From Neodothiora populina (taxonomy: Eukaryota): a stretch of 64,000 bases of DNA. The stretch is taken from contig NW_027191413.1 of assembly GCF_041146345.1 (NCBI RefSeq), positions 992,001-1,056,000 on the forward strand, given 5' to 3'. The position numbers and the translations under genes are program-made. The notes under the pieces are model-generated. The model ran no database searches, had not been told where the DNA came from, and saw only the letters and a list, made by a program, of their open reading frames with translations. Below, piece after piece: positions 23,926 through 35,906 of this stretch (positions are counted from its first letter, which is position 1; every line of letters begins with the position of its first letter).

Positions 23926-26048
23926 TCAGATAGCAGCGCACTCCCTCTCCAACCACTTCAAAGTCTTCTCATCCCCTCCACGGAAATAGCCCTCCGTCTT
24001 CTCGAAAACTTCCTTGTGATAGTCATTGAGCCACTTCTTCTCCGTCTCGCTGAGCAAGGAGACGTCGGTGAGCTTCTTACACATAGGAGTCATGGTGACG
24101 TGCTCGAAGCCCAGATATGGCTTATCGCCGAACTGGAACTTCGTCTTCACTTCGCGGACCATGACGATATTCTCTATCCGGATGCCGAAGCCGCCGTCCT
24201 CGTAGTACCCGGGCTCGTTGGAGATGACGTTGCCGACGCTGAGGGGGACTTCGGAGTATTGCACGCGAGTGCCAATGCCGATGGGACCTTCGTGGACGTT
24301 GAGGTAGGAGCCGACGCCGTGGCCTGTGCCGTGTCTGTAGTCTAGACCTTCCTGCCATAGGAATTGTCGCGCCATGCTGTCTAGAGCGAAGCCTGTGGTG
24401 CCTTTGGGGAAACGGACGTTGTCGAGAGCGATATGGCCTTTTAGCACCAGAGTGTATGCCTTACGTTCCATCTCAGTAGGTTCACCGAAGTGTAATGTCC
24501 GCGTCGTGTCTGTCGTGCCGTCGAAGTATTGTGCGCCCGAGTCGCAAAGGTAGATCGCGTTTGGGTCAATGATGCTGCAGGCGCCGCGCTCGGGCTTGTA
24601 GTGTATCACTGCCGCATTCGCTCCAGTAGAAGAGATGGTGTCGAATGAAAGACCAGCGAAAGATTCGTGTTTGGATCGAATCGCTTCAAGCTTGTCTGCT
24701 GCCTCCACTTCATCAATCTTTGCCTTCTTGTGGATCAGCTCGTACTCCAACCAGGCGAAGAACTCGGAGACGGCGGCACCATCGCGAACATGGCAATCGC
24801 GCATACCCGCCTTCTCAGTCTCGTTTTTGATTGCCTTTGCATCTCCAACAGGAGAGCGAACCTCATCAACACGCTCGGTTCCACCCAGTGCGTGCGAAAG
24901 AGCCCACGAAGCTTTCGATGAAACGAGATACTTCGCAGGAGATGACTTTGTTTTCTCCGAAGCAGCAAGAGCTTCAATATCCGTGAATATTGCCTCGTAT
25001 GGCCTGATGGTCACACCGCCGAGCTGTGCCTTGGCTTGGTCGCTGAGCTTTGATTCATCGATGTAGAGGGTCACTGCTTTGGGGGTGACGACCGCATAGG
25101 AGAAGAACACGGGGTTGTAGGGGATGTCAGTTCCGCGGAGGTTGAATAGCCACGCAATCTCATCTAACATGGATACAACGAAGCCTGCACTTTTCCTCTT
25201 CTCGAGTTCTTTTCGAAGCTCCTCTATCTTCTCGTTGAAGTTCTTGCCGGAATACTTCAGGGGCTGGATGTTGACCTTTTCATTTGGTCTCGCTGGTTTG
25301 TCGGCACCCCATACTGCATCCACAAAGTTATCCTTGACGCCAACGAGATCCTTACCACCCTTGTTCTTGATCTTCTCGGCAAGTTTGCGTGCATCGGCTA
25401 AGAAGCGTCAATTTGGGGAGGTCCCAGGAAAGGTTTGGTTCACATACCAGCAGTTATCGTGGTTGGGTCTACACCGACCACTTTACCACCTTCAGCTTGC
25501 TCGGCAGTCCTGGCTCCAATCAGCATCCTACTTGTTCCCAGATAGGTTCACCCACCAACCATTCTTGCCATGTGGGAACGTCCTGTAATCCCTGTTTGAG
25601 CAGCGTCCAGTTCTCATCGAGTTGCTTAGCTGCCTGGTTGAAGTATCGACCATCTGTTGCCAGTGCTGCTTTCTCCAGTCCAACTACAGCTGTTCCTGCA
25701 GAGCCAGAAAAGCCGCAGATATATTCTTCAATAGTGTTAGCCTGCGATGGTACTGACGGTTGACGGGCGGGAGCGAACCTCTTCTTGCATCGGTCGGCGC
25801 TATGTATTCTGACTGATGGCTGTCCTCAGACGGTACGACTAGGAATGTCAGTCAGCCGTCTGTGACCTTTCCAATCGGATATGCTTACTGAAGATATCTA
25901 CCTTATTGCGCTTCATCAAGTCTCTCAATTGAGACAGACGCTCTGTTGTGTGTACGCGCTCCATTTCGATGGGAAACTTCCGAATTGCTGAAGTATGGAA
26001 GGCTCGGGATGCCCCTTGTCTGGTCAATCTAGAGACACAACGTAGCAT
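23926..26048 (-). CDS. Xaa-Pro aminopeptidase P (M24B; AmpP/FRA1-like)
   Basis: [63 protein letters not shown] and [17 protein letters not shown]. Exons 26048-25889, 25838-25779, 25725-25560, 25509-25448 and 25397-23926. Confidence 0.95.
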
Positions 26049-26923
26049 CTGTGAGAGAATGAGATATCCTATATACCTTACCCAGAGTTGGGCTGTTAGT
26101 GCTGATAGACGGTAGACCGCAATGATGCGATATAGCCTATGACGGAAGGTGCTACCGCAGCAAAGCGGCAATTGCCGCTGTTGGTCACCAGCACTATCAA
26201 TTGTGACCATTAAACTCCCGTATCTTTGCATTTGACATTACGGCTGATGTATTCGCCATACCATGTAAAATGACAGATACTGATACGATAACAATGTAGG
26301 TAGCCATGGGCTCGAATGTGGTGATCCGGTCAGCGATTTCGAATATACATGAGAAGAGATCATCGATGTGTTAAGGGTAGAATAGTTGGAGTGAACTATG
26401 ATTCCACTTTGCTTGTATAAGAATGCTACGTGTGATAGTGGAACGTAAAACTATAGGCTGGAATGCTAGCACGCGAGACAGTCGCGTTGCGCCAGATCCA
26501 CCATTTCGTTCACATGATATAGTCCATCACACGAGTCCACTTCGAGTAAAGGTACCAACGATATTGAGCCATTGGTATATATGTCTTGCTACTGCACAAG
26601 AGCTTTTCACGATATGCGTATTCTCAAAGCAAGTAGATTCTTCCGATCTCGAGATCCGCATTCACTTGTATAGAGCAGTTTCAGTAGAGGCTCCAGGTCT
26701 AAGGCGCGGAATGGAATGCAATGCAGGAGACGTGAAGAACATACTTATAGGCAAGGGAGCATATATCACGCGACTGATGGATAAGTGCCTGAAGACATAG
26801 AGTAGTTTCATCTATTCTCCTGGGAATATTAGTAGCTCTTTAACACTATCCCCTTTCACTATCTACCTCTATCCTAGGTTCATTACCTTGACAAGGTGAA
26901 AGTCAAACGAAAGAAGACACGAA

Positions 26924-27647
26924 ATGCCTCGACCGTCGCGTTTCTTCCTCTTACTGCTCTTGAATCTGTCGACTCTATTTCTGCCCTTCTCGGCACTAGG
27001 ATTAATAGCCCGAGCCCGAGCCCTGCCTCTTTCCCTCGGTGGTAAGTCTCTCACTGATACACTCTATAGTGCTTCGGATTCTGTCGACGCTTTTCACGCT
27101 CTTCTGCAAATCTCGTCTGTGGGTTCTTGAACTGACCTCGAGATATCATCCTGTATGTGTAGGTCACTTGGTATACTGTAACAGATATGCTCGTTCCACA
27201 ATACTGGAGCAAATGGGCCCTGAAGCAGCAACGGTGGCGGTCAAGGCAAGAGTTACGCCACGAGACATCGCCCTGCGGACTTCATCAGACGCATTTGTCG
27301 AAGCAGCGGCAGCATCTTTCTATGAGAAACGAGAGATGAGTGGGACTGTAGGCGAGAGGAAGGATCGGGATGTCCTGGAGAGAAGACTTGATGACGGGTC
27401 TGGAGGTAATTATGCTGGGGTTGGAAGTTGTACGGGGGGTGGATATCGCGGAGAGATGATAAAGAATATGACTGGGATACGGGCCTGTGTCGGCTTGTTC
27501 ATTGCAGTCGTCTTTACGTGTATGATGTGGTTGCACTGGCGCGCAAAGAGTCGCCTGCTGCATGCTGGGTGGAATGATATGACAGTTGCAAAGGAAGAGG
27601 GGATGAGGTCAGTCATCCACAATTTGGAGCTGGGAAACGAGAGGTAG
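26924..27647 (+). CDS. Hypothetical signal-peptide / single-TM protein (exon structure uncertain)
   Basis: Hydrophobic N-terminus ending at donor gtaagt (27042), and a downstream ORF with a C-terminal hydrophobic helix (ACVGLFIAVVFTCMMWLHW). Joining them needs an unusually short 28-nt intron or another unresolved structure. Confidence 0.4.
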
Positions 27648-27777
27648 AATATCTGATGAATGGTAACAAACGCTTGTGCTGTTAGATATTGGGTATACGA
27701 GGATTGCTATGTAACCAGGATTATGAGAGCCCTTGGCAGACGTGACAACGCAAGCAGACGCGCCCACGGGCTATGTA

Positions 27778-28127
27778 CTATGCTTTCTCTGAATAATGCC
27801 GTCGTCAGAGGTCTGTCATAAGACACTTTCGATTGGGGATACTAGCATACCTTTACTTTTAGCATCGGATTCATGGCCACCGGATTTGGTCTCGTTGCTA
27901 CTAGTATCAAGATCTTCCTGCCCAGGAGCATTTGTGCCATTAAGATCATTCTCGGCAGAGGACATGATGTCGTCCGTTATCTCAGAGGACACTGGTGGAG
28001 GCTGTCCGCTGATGGGACCTGTCTTCTCGCCAGCTATAGAGTAATATCAGTGCTGGCGATGCGCGCAACCAATGTCCCACTCAGTCGATGGCTTACTGGG
28101 ATTGTGGGAAGCTGCGTTCAATGCCAT
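27778..28127 (-). CDS. Small 74-aa hydrophilic, acidic protein (absent from the ORF track)
   Basis: Exons 28127-28097, 28033-27851 and 27788-27778, with donors gtaagc/gtatgc, branch sites ctgat/ctgac and acceptors tag/cag. Product: MALNAASHNPTGEKTGPISGQPPPVSSEITDDIMSSAENDLNGTNAPGQEDLDTSSNETKSGGHESDAKSKEKA*. Confidence 0.65.
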
Positions 28128-30038
28128 AATGTTTATTTGACGACGCACGACAAGAAATGAATGTTATCAAGGTAAGAAGTGGAAATGTGAAACTTGTACT
28201 TAGCTATATTGACAGCACCTACTATGAGTAGTATATCTATTGCTACATGCAGCATGCATGATAAGCTGGAGCTTGACACGCGGGTGGGAGGCTTATACTC
28301 GTACGACCGTCTCGATCAGGGTCCCTCTCCTCGTTGCTTCCAGGTCGTCTCCGCGGTCATCCTTTCACTTGTGCGACAAGGAGCTTTATGAGTTCAGATT
28401 CAAGAGAAAGACTAACCGCATCATCCGCAATAGGCCGTGAATCTGCTTCGATCCAATATAGACATATAATGGTAGAGCCATACGGAATGCTTTCTTGGCA
28501 GTGATGCGCGCGAAACTGATGCGAGACTTGAGGTTCGGCAGTAAAGATGACCTCATCGCCACCTGCAGCTGCGCTGGGTGGCCTGCCTATATACACGTTA
28601 TAACCCTCGTCAGCCAAAATCAAATCGAAACAAAACCTACCTCGCATCTCAATAGCTCTTACACTACAACTTGTCATCCATCAGCATCAGTTACTAGATC
28701 CTGTGTACACCAAGGCCGATCGATCCGAACCAATCCACAATGTCTCCACAGAACACTCACCAAGCAAGCCTCCTCGAGCGTATTGGAAATGCGTTGGTAT
28801 ATGTGCTTGCCTTCCCATTCATCGCGATGTTCATTGCCATGAAGCGCATATTCACCGAACGACATGAGCCTGCGCGATCATACCGCGCCAATTTACCTCC
28901 ACAGAAGTCGATATGAAATATAGCGGAAGTCGATTGCATGGTCCAATCGATGCGCCACCTTTATGATTCCTCCGGATCAATCGGAGTTACGCACAGTACT
29001 TGTTCACTCGTAGCAACCCCCGCGAGCTATAAGTTGCGAGATTTGCTAGATGAGAACCCACGAGGTTGTGCGACTCGGATAGCAGCCATGACTGATGAGA
29101 AGGACATACCCAAGAGTTGCGCCAGCATCTCGATCTTGAGCCCGATTACTGGCTTGTGCCCTGAAAGAGCGGGATCATTCTCCTGGTGCAACATTTCTGG
29201 TGTAAAACGAATCGGACGGGACTGCTACCATGTCTACTATCAAGCTTGGTTCGCGAAGTAGAGCAACTTGGGCAGATCTGACCTCGAATGGATCATACAC
29301 GATTTAGTGCGTCGATGGCTTGCTCAAGGGTGCTTGATCGCAACGCTGATGAGCAATGCAATTAACCCGATAAGCCACATCTTTTCACGCATCGTCATCC
29401 CAAGTCTCAGTGCTCTGGAAGGGATTGAGGACATTGTGCAACACGGACGCAACTCTGTATCTTAATCCGGACTAGGAGCAGATGACTTCTTTCGAAGATT
29501 TGGGTAGTACTTTAGTAGCATTGCAGTCGTTCTGCGTTATATCAGGTATATGGCAGGAGAAATGCATGAGCCTTTGCCCCAAGACATGTGAAACAGGCTG
29601 CCCGCTGTACAGCATGACTCGTCGAGGCACTCATTCGCCTGCTACATCAATTTTACGTTATCCCATGTGCTATAATATTTGATTGTACACAGGCAATGCT
29701 ACCTTCGCCTGCCAAATAATATACTCCAAACCATCGCCTACATCTACTTCTGCCACAAAGTACATCTCAACTATAATATCTCAACCATAAGGTAAGGTAC
29801 CCAGGTTAGATTCCAAACACCAATCACAAGGGTGCGGATTGGCCGGTGCTCAGGGCCCCCTCGTCATGGGTTCGCCGGCGAGTGCGGGGCAGATTGGCCG
29901 GCGATCCTGTGATTGCACATTTCCCCCCCTACAGACAGTATCACCCATGACAGATTCAATAGGCGTACTAGTTATACTTCACGATATTTCCTTTCATATA
30001 CTCGCTGAACTATGAGTGTCTCGACATACTGAGCGGGT

Positions 30039-30087
30039 TGACTCACAGTGGAGCTGAGAAATTTGATGCCAGCCATGGACTGACTCA
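30039..30087. promoter_or_regulatory. Two perfect TGACTCA (Gcn4/CpcA/AP-1-type) sites upstream of ATG101
   Basis: TGACTCA at 30039-30045 and 30081-30087, 80-130 bp before the ATG101 start. Confidence 0.55.
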
Positions 30088-30167
30088 ACCGACTTTACAC
30101 TTGCATCTCAACATAAACACTCAGCCATTGTTGTAGCCTTGGGCACATCGCAAAATAGCAGTACAAG

Positions 30168-30892
30168 ATGGAGGAGAGGCAAACACCCGAGTATGCGCTT
30201 GACTTGTTCGCCGATCGGACGAATGCGCGAGATGTCGCAAGAGGTAAATGCACACAATATCAGCGACCGTGGGGTACACATATATCTGATCGCATTGTGT
30301 TACTCGTCAGGCATCCTCCACTTGATCTTCTTCCATCGCATGTTCGCATCAATCACTCCCAGTACTCTAGATGTACTCGATGTCGCACTGCCTCGAGTCA
30401 TAGACAACGATCTAGACGCCGTAGTCGATCAGCGTGTCAACGACCTTCTCCGCCAACTCGATCATGACTATCCTCAGCAGCACGGCGGTCGGGGCCAGAT
30501 TGCCATTCATTTCTCGGAGAGAAAGAGGAGGAAGGGATGGTTCGGAAACACGAACGACGATGAGTTGATATGGGAGACGTGGATCATCAGTTTCACCATG
30601 GCCTCGCCCAGGACCGAGTCCGGTAAGCTAGACTTTTGTTGACTGAACTATGGTTGCAGTAGCATCTGTGTTCGAAACCCACTAACTGCTTCTTCGTTTT
30701 TCAGATACATACAAAGTCCGGAAAGCCACAGAGAAGAGTCTGGACAATGCTTTCGCAAAGGTCATGAGCATCGTCGCCAGAGACACTGCGCACATTCCTC
30801 CCATCACAACCAACGAAGGAAATCCCTTTCCTTATTCTATCCAAGTCAAGTCCAAGAACGAAGGCTGGGGAAGGGGTATTCGAGTCTTTTAG
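30168..30892 (+). CDS. ATG101: Autophagy-related protein 101 (HORMA)
   Basis: Exons 30168-30243, 30311-30622 and 30705-30892. Motifs GILHLIFFHR, WF finger KRRKGWFG, IWETWII and HIPPITTNEGNPFPY. Confidence 0.92.
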
Positions 30893-31516
30893 ATTGTCTC
30901 ACGTTTTGGACATCACGATGAGGTACGCACTTACTCTGCCGCATCAGTAGATGGCGCAATCTACCATAGAACAGCTGAACGAATGTTTTCAGCTACTCCT
31001 ACACACGGTCTGGTGATACGGCTTTAGATTCTGGAGGTTATCTCATATACACTGCTACTGCGAACTAGACAATAGGTGGCACCTTGACTTTTGCAAACCG
31101 GCGCTCTAGAGAAGTCCTTATTTAACTTGGATTGAAATCAAGATACCCGTTTACCTCTTTGGCCTATGCTTCAGGGCAGCATGAAACCAAAAATCCATGA
31201 CATCACCAGATTGCACACTGATACACGGGTCTCGGACTGGGTAGAACCGTATCATTGGTCTACTCTGTCAGATCGTATCTGTTCTTAGATAATGGAAGTC
31301 CTATCCTGGAGAGACGGAATCATTGACTCAATTGACAACAAGGAAATCCCCCCACCACCATAAAACAAATTAGATCAGTCCGCTCGCCAGTGCCGATCAT
31401 GTCCGCAAGCATGTGGAAGGAAGCCAGGATCGCGCCTTCTCTATTCTCAACAGAGACGCAGAGGGAAACCCCTTGAACCACGCTCGACCCCCCGAATCAG
31501 CATGACAGGCACCTGC

Positions 31517-32398
31517 TCAAATCCAACTTTCTTCCTCATCCAACAAATAACAACGACGCATGCAACAAGCACGCAAATATCTGCTTAACTGCACCTCAAC
31601 AATGGCAGGCAAAGGGTCCTGAGATCCATTTCCGTGTGGGCCGTCCTTGCAGCGAATCAGACGCGCGAAGAGTCGTTCGTCGACCTCGACTTCTTCTTGG
31701 AAATTGAATCCGGTACTGTTCTCTCTATTGTTGGCGCTCTGTGATACCGCCAAGATGAATGCAACGATGTTAGGTGTCTTGAGCGTGAAGTCCCGGACCG
31801 TCAAAGCCCGCTTAAGAGGCAGAGGATCGGGCTCAGAAGGATCATTTCCCTCATGGTTGTTTGTTGTGTGCGCTACGGTATCCGTACTGTAACGGGGTAT
31901 CGAAATCGGAGAAGATGGAAAAGAAGCCCGGTCCGCAATGTCTGTAGCGGGAAAAGCCAACGACCAAGCGCGACTGAATCCATGGACAACAGCCGGCACA
32001 GCAGCAGCGCTCGTTGTTTGCGCAGCCGAAATGCAAGAAGTCATGAGTCCATGGGCATGTTCAACTCTACTCTGGTCGTTTCTTTTCTTGGCCTGGATAG
32101 TCCTGTTGATCTGAATGTTGTTTGGGTTGCAGGGCACGCCACGAGACACAGATAGATGGCGGTGCACTTCCTCGGAGATTGTTGGACGGGTGACCTGGAT
32201 CCAGTCGTCTTCTGCGTCGTACAACTGAATTTTCTGTTCTTCGTCTTGTGGGTCTTTGAGATTCAGTTGGGCTAGCAGACTTGTGGTGGTATCCAGAGGA
32301 ATGTCAAGTAGAATTTCGCTTGGACTTTGATCGGGGTTGTCGTTGTGGTCGGATGCCTTCGTACCGAGCGATGTTGTACTCATGTTGCTTGTCATCAT
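31517..32398 (-). CDS. Hypothetical protein (293 aa, no family recognised)
   Basis: Long uninterrupted ORF with plausible composition, in an otherwise empty interval. Confidence 0.6.
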   Translation of the reverse strand: MMTSNMSTTSLGTKASDHNDNPDQSPSEILLDIPLDTTTSLLAQLNLKDPQDEEQKIQLYDAEDDWIQVTRPTISEEVHRHLSVSRGVPCNPNNIQINRTIQAKKRNDQSRVEHAHGLMTSCISAAQTTSAAAVPAVVHGFSRAWSLAFPATDIADRASFPSSPISIPRYSTDTVAHTTNNHEGNDPSEPDPLPLKRALTVRDFTLKTPNIVAFILAVSQSANNRENSTGFNFQEEVEVDERLFARLIRCKDGPHGNGSQDPLPAIVEVQLSRYLRACCMRRCYLLDEEESWI

Positions 32399-32711
32399 GT
32401 AATGAGATGTAGATTTCAGGAGTGAAGGCTAAAGATTCAGAGCTGCATCTACAATTGTGACGGAAGCGAGGAGATGTTATTGACTCCGTTTAACAAGTTG
32501 TCGTAGCAGGCAGTCACTTTGATAGACACGTGTGCGGCATTCAGCGTTGGTTGATCATGTGGCAAAACCTGGTCGTAACAGAAGCAGTGCGACTTTCTCG
32601 GCTTTTGAACAGCAGAATAAGCCGCCTCCATTCACATGCCTATCATGTTTTCTCTAATTATCGTTCCTTTTAGTGCTTTTAAGATCATGCCTGAGTTGAC
32701 TGAAGTAAGTC

Positions 32712-33896
32712 TCAAAGTTCCATGTGCGAGGAGCCTCCTCTGAGTCTCGGACCATGACCCCTCTCCCCAAGCACTTTCTTCCTCAGTCCTGCAGCTGATC
32801 TCTTCTGCTCATGTTCCTCAGCTTGACCCTCCGAGGGAGTTTTCTTGTTTGACGCAAAAGCTTGAACCTGGCTTCCAATTGCCCTCATCTCCTCTGACTC
32901 CTCGCCCTCTTCTCCTATCGGCTTAGCGACGTGACTTCTCAGAATGTCGACAACTTTAGTTTCCTCATTGTCTGTGCTTCTAGCTGTATACCAGGACTCA
33001 TATTGCTCCCACCACCAGGTATGCGTTACACCGTCCCGTCCCAGATAGCCCGCGACACCATCCTCTCCCACGCGCTTAGCCCAGGGCTTGTCGACGATGT
33101 AATGCAGACAGTCCACTTCGTCGTCTCTCCAGATGTTCTCGTGCCAGTACCGCATGGTTTTGAGGGCGTTAAATTGCCATCCTACACTCACCCACTTGTT
33201 GCGGAAGAACTCGGCCAGAAAGTCCTGATCGGGGAATTTAAATTCGCTCAGTAGAGGAGTAGTGTTGAAGAATTCGAGCATCTTGTTCCATAGCTCTGTC
33301 GATGGGCTAAAGAGAAACATGCCGGAGTTCAAAAGGTGCCATGTGGGTCGCGCGTCAGGAGTCACTGGTGTTGGGCTCTCTAGTGCCCCAGGGTGTTTGA
33401 CGGCAGTATATGCGCAGTTCTCCTTGGTCCAGTCCTCGGGTGCCCAAGGGTCTTTGTCAAGATTGCACACGCACGCATGATTTGCGGCTATCCAATCGTC
33501 CGCCGGTAGTTGCTTGGTGAAGACGTGGTCCATGTTCTTCTTGATGATCATGTCCGCGTCTAGATAACATAACTTCTGCCACTGCCCCAACTCATGGAGT
33601 TGGAAGACCCGGAGTTTCGTCCATGTATCCGCAAATCGCTCTGCGATCAAGTGGACGTGTACGTTCTCGCGAGGCAGAAGCGCGGACACGCGATGGAGAA
33701 TTAGATTGGACTTTGGAGCCTCGAGGCGTAGAGCATCCAGAGCAGGTCGAGATAGGGTGTCAGTGTATAGCACTATGAGTGGGTATCTGCTACCGCTTTG
33801 CTGAAGGGTATAGGCTAGTATGATGACACCGGCCAGATATGAGGGCCGGGTTATGAGGGTGCAGTAAGCATTCACGCTGCTGTCGTCGTTGTCCAT
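32712..33896 (-). CDS. Glycosyltransferase family 8 (glycogenin/galactinol-synthase-like)
   Basis: AYCTLITRPSYLAG, DTWTKLRVF, YLDADM (DxD), HACVCN, LNSGMF, FPDQDFL and HYIVDKPW. Start taken at MDNDD (33896). Confidence 0.92.
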   Translation of the reverse strand: MDNDDSSVNAYCTLITRPSYLAGVIILAYTLQQSGSRYPLIVLYTDTLSRPALDALRLEAPKSNLILHRVSALLPRENVHVHLIAERFADTWTKLRVFQLHELGQWQKLCYLDADMIIKKNMDHVFTKQLPADDWIAANHACVCNLDKDPWAPEDWTKENCAYTAVKHPGALESPTPVTPDARPTWHLLNSGMFLFSPSTELWNKMLEFFNTTPLLSEFKFPDQDFLAEFFRNKWVSVGWQFNALKTMRYWHENIWRDDEVDCLHYIVDKPWAKRVGEDGVAGYLGRDGVTHTWWWEQYESWYTARSTDNEETKVVDILRSHVAKPIGEEGEESEEMRAIGSQVQAFASNKKTPSEGQAEEHEQKRSAAGLRKKVLGERGHGPRLRGGSSHMEL

Positions 33897-34338
33897 CTTG
33901 GTGGAGATCAAGTAGAGGACCACCTCGGACAGAAGGACGTACTTGTTGCGTATAACAACTCACAATAGTCTACTAAGTATTGAGTGTAGCTTGGATGGGT
34001 CCATAAATTATGAGGTACATATATAAAGGTAGTGGTGTTTGTTGATGTTAAAAGCTACCTATCTGGTGTCTACAAATGGTGGTGACGTCATCTATATACG
34101 AACTCCTCTCCAAGGATGTAATTCATGATCTCCACATACCTTACCTACCACTGAGTTCATATATCCAAGTATATACAATGACAGTTTTTGCTAGCCATGG
34201 GTGTGAAGGCCATAACGATTTGCACCTTTGCGTACCCTGGTGCAGCTGCAGACTGTGACACCTATCGAGTGTGAGCCTGTAGAAATCATTCTCACGAACC
34301 CTCGATTGTCAATGCCTTTCGATTCTCGTTGACTTGAG

Positions 34339-35183
34339 CTATTTTCGGAATTTGGCTACGGTCTCACTCATACTCGCGCCAGCTTGTAGAGCCTTCAGCA
34401 TCTTATCATCAATTTCTTTCCTTTCGTGACAAATCTGCGCCACTTGGTCAACAAGCTTCGTAGGCACGACTACGACACCATCCGAGTCTCCAACAACAAT
34501 ATCTCCGGGGAACACCGTGGGGCCGCTTGAGAAACGAACAGGCTCATCCAGTGCAGTCGTGCGAGTGAAAGTGTTGGAACCCAGGATAGAAATGCCTTTG
34601 GCGAAGACCTACATCTTTCAGTCCCCTGCTCACCCACATTAACGAGTACTCACTGGAAATCCCATATCCTGCATCTCGAGAATATCACGGAATCTACCAT
34701 CAATCACTACCCCAGCAGCACCAAGCTGGGTCGCTCTAGTTCCCATCAGGCCGCCGAAACACGCTGATATTGCGTTCTCTGGCTGTTTGATGACCATCAC
34801 TTTACCGGCCTGGTTGTTGTCCGCAAAATGCTTGCTGGGTTTTGCTTGTGACTCGTCGTTTTCGTGAACCATCTAGATCATACATAGATTAGAATGAAAT
34901 TGGTCCCGCCACAGTCAATGACATGAAGTCTTTGCATATAGGTACCGTTACTGTGGTCGCTTCGCCGATCATAGTTGGTGCTTGGCCGAGTCCGTGAGTG
35001 CCGGCTACACGAGGACTCCACATTCTGAGGTCCTGCAGATAACCGGCGTATGGGTGTTGTAATCTCACCAAAGCATCGCCAATCTATATCATGAGTATCA
35101 GGAGGTTCAGAGAAGGGAAATTTGATTATCGAACTTACATCGCACGATGCGAACGGCCTCAGTGCTTTTATAGACTGTGCCAT
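34339..35183 (-). CDS. RraA-like / 4-hydroxy-4-methyl-2-oxoglutarate aldolase family protein
   Basis: Exons 35183-35139, 35083-34946, 34872-34654 and 34608-34339. Motifs CDIGDAL, ACFGGLMGTRA, GVVIDGRFRD and PGDIVVGDSDGVVVVP. Confidence 0.9.
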
Positions 35184-35906
35184 CTTGACACCGTATGGTC
35201 TTTATTTTGCCCGAAGCCTGAGGAGTGATTCACTAGATACCTAAGGTACCTTATCTGCCTGCCTGTCTCTCTATTACGGCTACCGACTTTAACAGTAGAT
35301 GTAGTCGACACGGACCCTGTCTCGCCTGTTCACCACCTAACAGAGTCGTCGCCAAGCCAATCTGATTTGTTTGGGACGGCGCGTTGTGTTACAGGGTAAT
35401 CCTAGCGCGTGGTGGCAGCCTAGAAGTTCAAGTTACGTTTTACGTTTTATTGATTGGTGACTACGACACAAGTAAGGCGATTCACCAGCAACGCGCATGA
35501 AAGTGCCAAAAACACCCAACCCTTACATGAGAGCTTGAGTTACTCGAATCTCACAGGCTATAAAAACACCAGATCACCGTGCAACTGCATCGCTATACTT
35601 GTAGCTTCATCTACCGACTTGCGGACTCTCAGGACTTTACGCTAAAGCCGGATCGTGGGGTAAGTACGGGTTTTATCTCTGTAGCGGCGATTAGCATTGA
35701 GCGTATCTTATCGGAAGGAGCCCCTGCGCTCTAGAGGTGGCAATTCGGGAAGACATTGACATATTCATCTTTCTTTTTCACACACCTCTCTGTTTGTCCT
35801 GCGTTGTGTTATACCAGGTGAAACACAAGTGGAGGTAGCTTGTTCTAGTGTTGTTTTTTGTGTCTCTCACTACCTTACTTAGCTTCACTCTCGTTCACTT
35901 TCGAAA

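Noticed and set aside
28200..29800. Short ORFs in the 1.6-kb gap before ATG101
   Set aside because: Could not assemble a consistent spliced gene or recognise a family.
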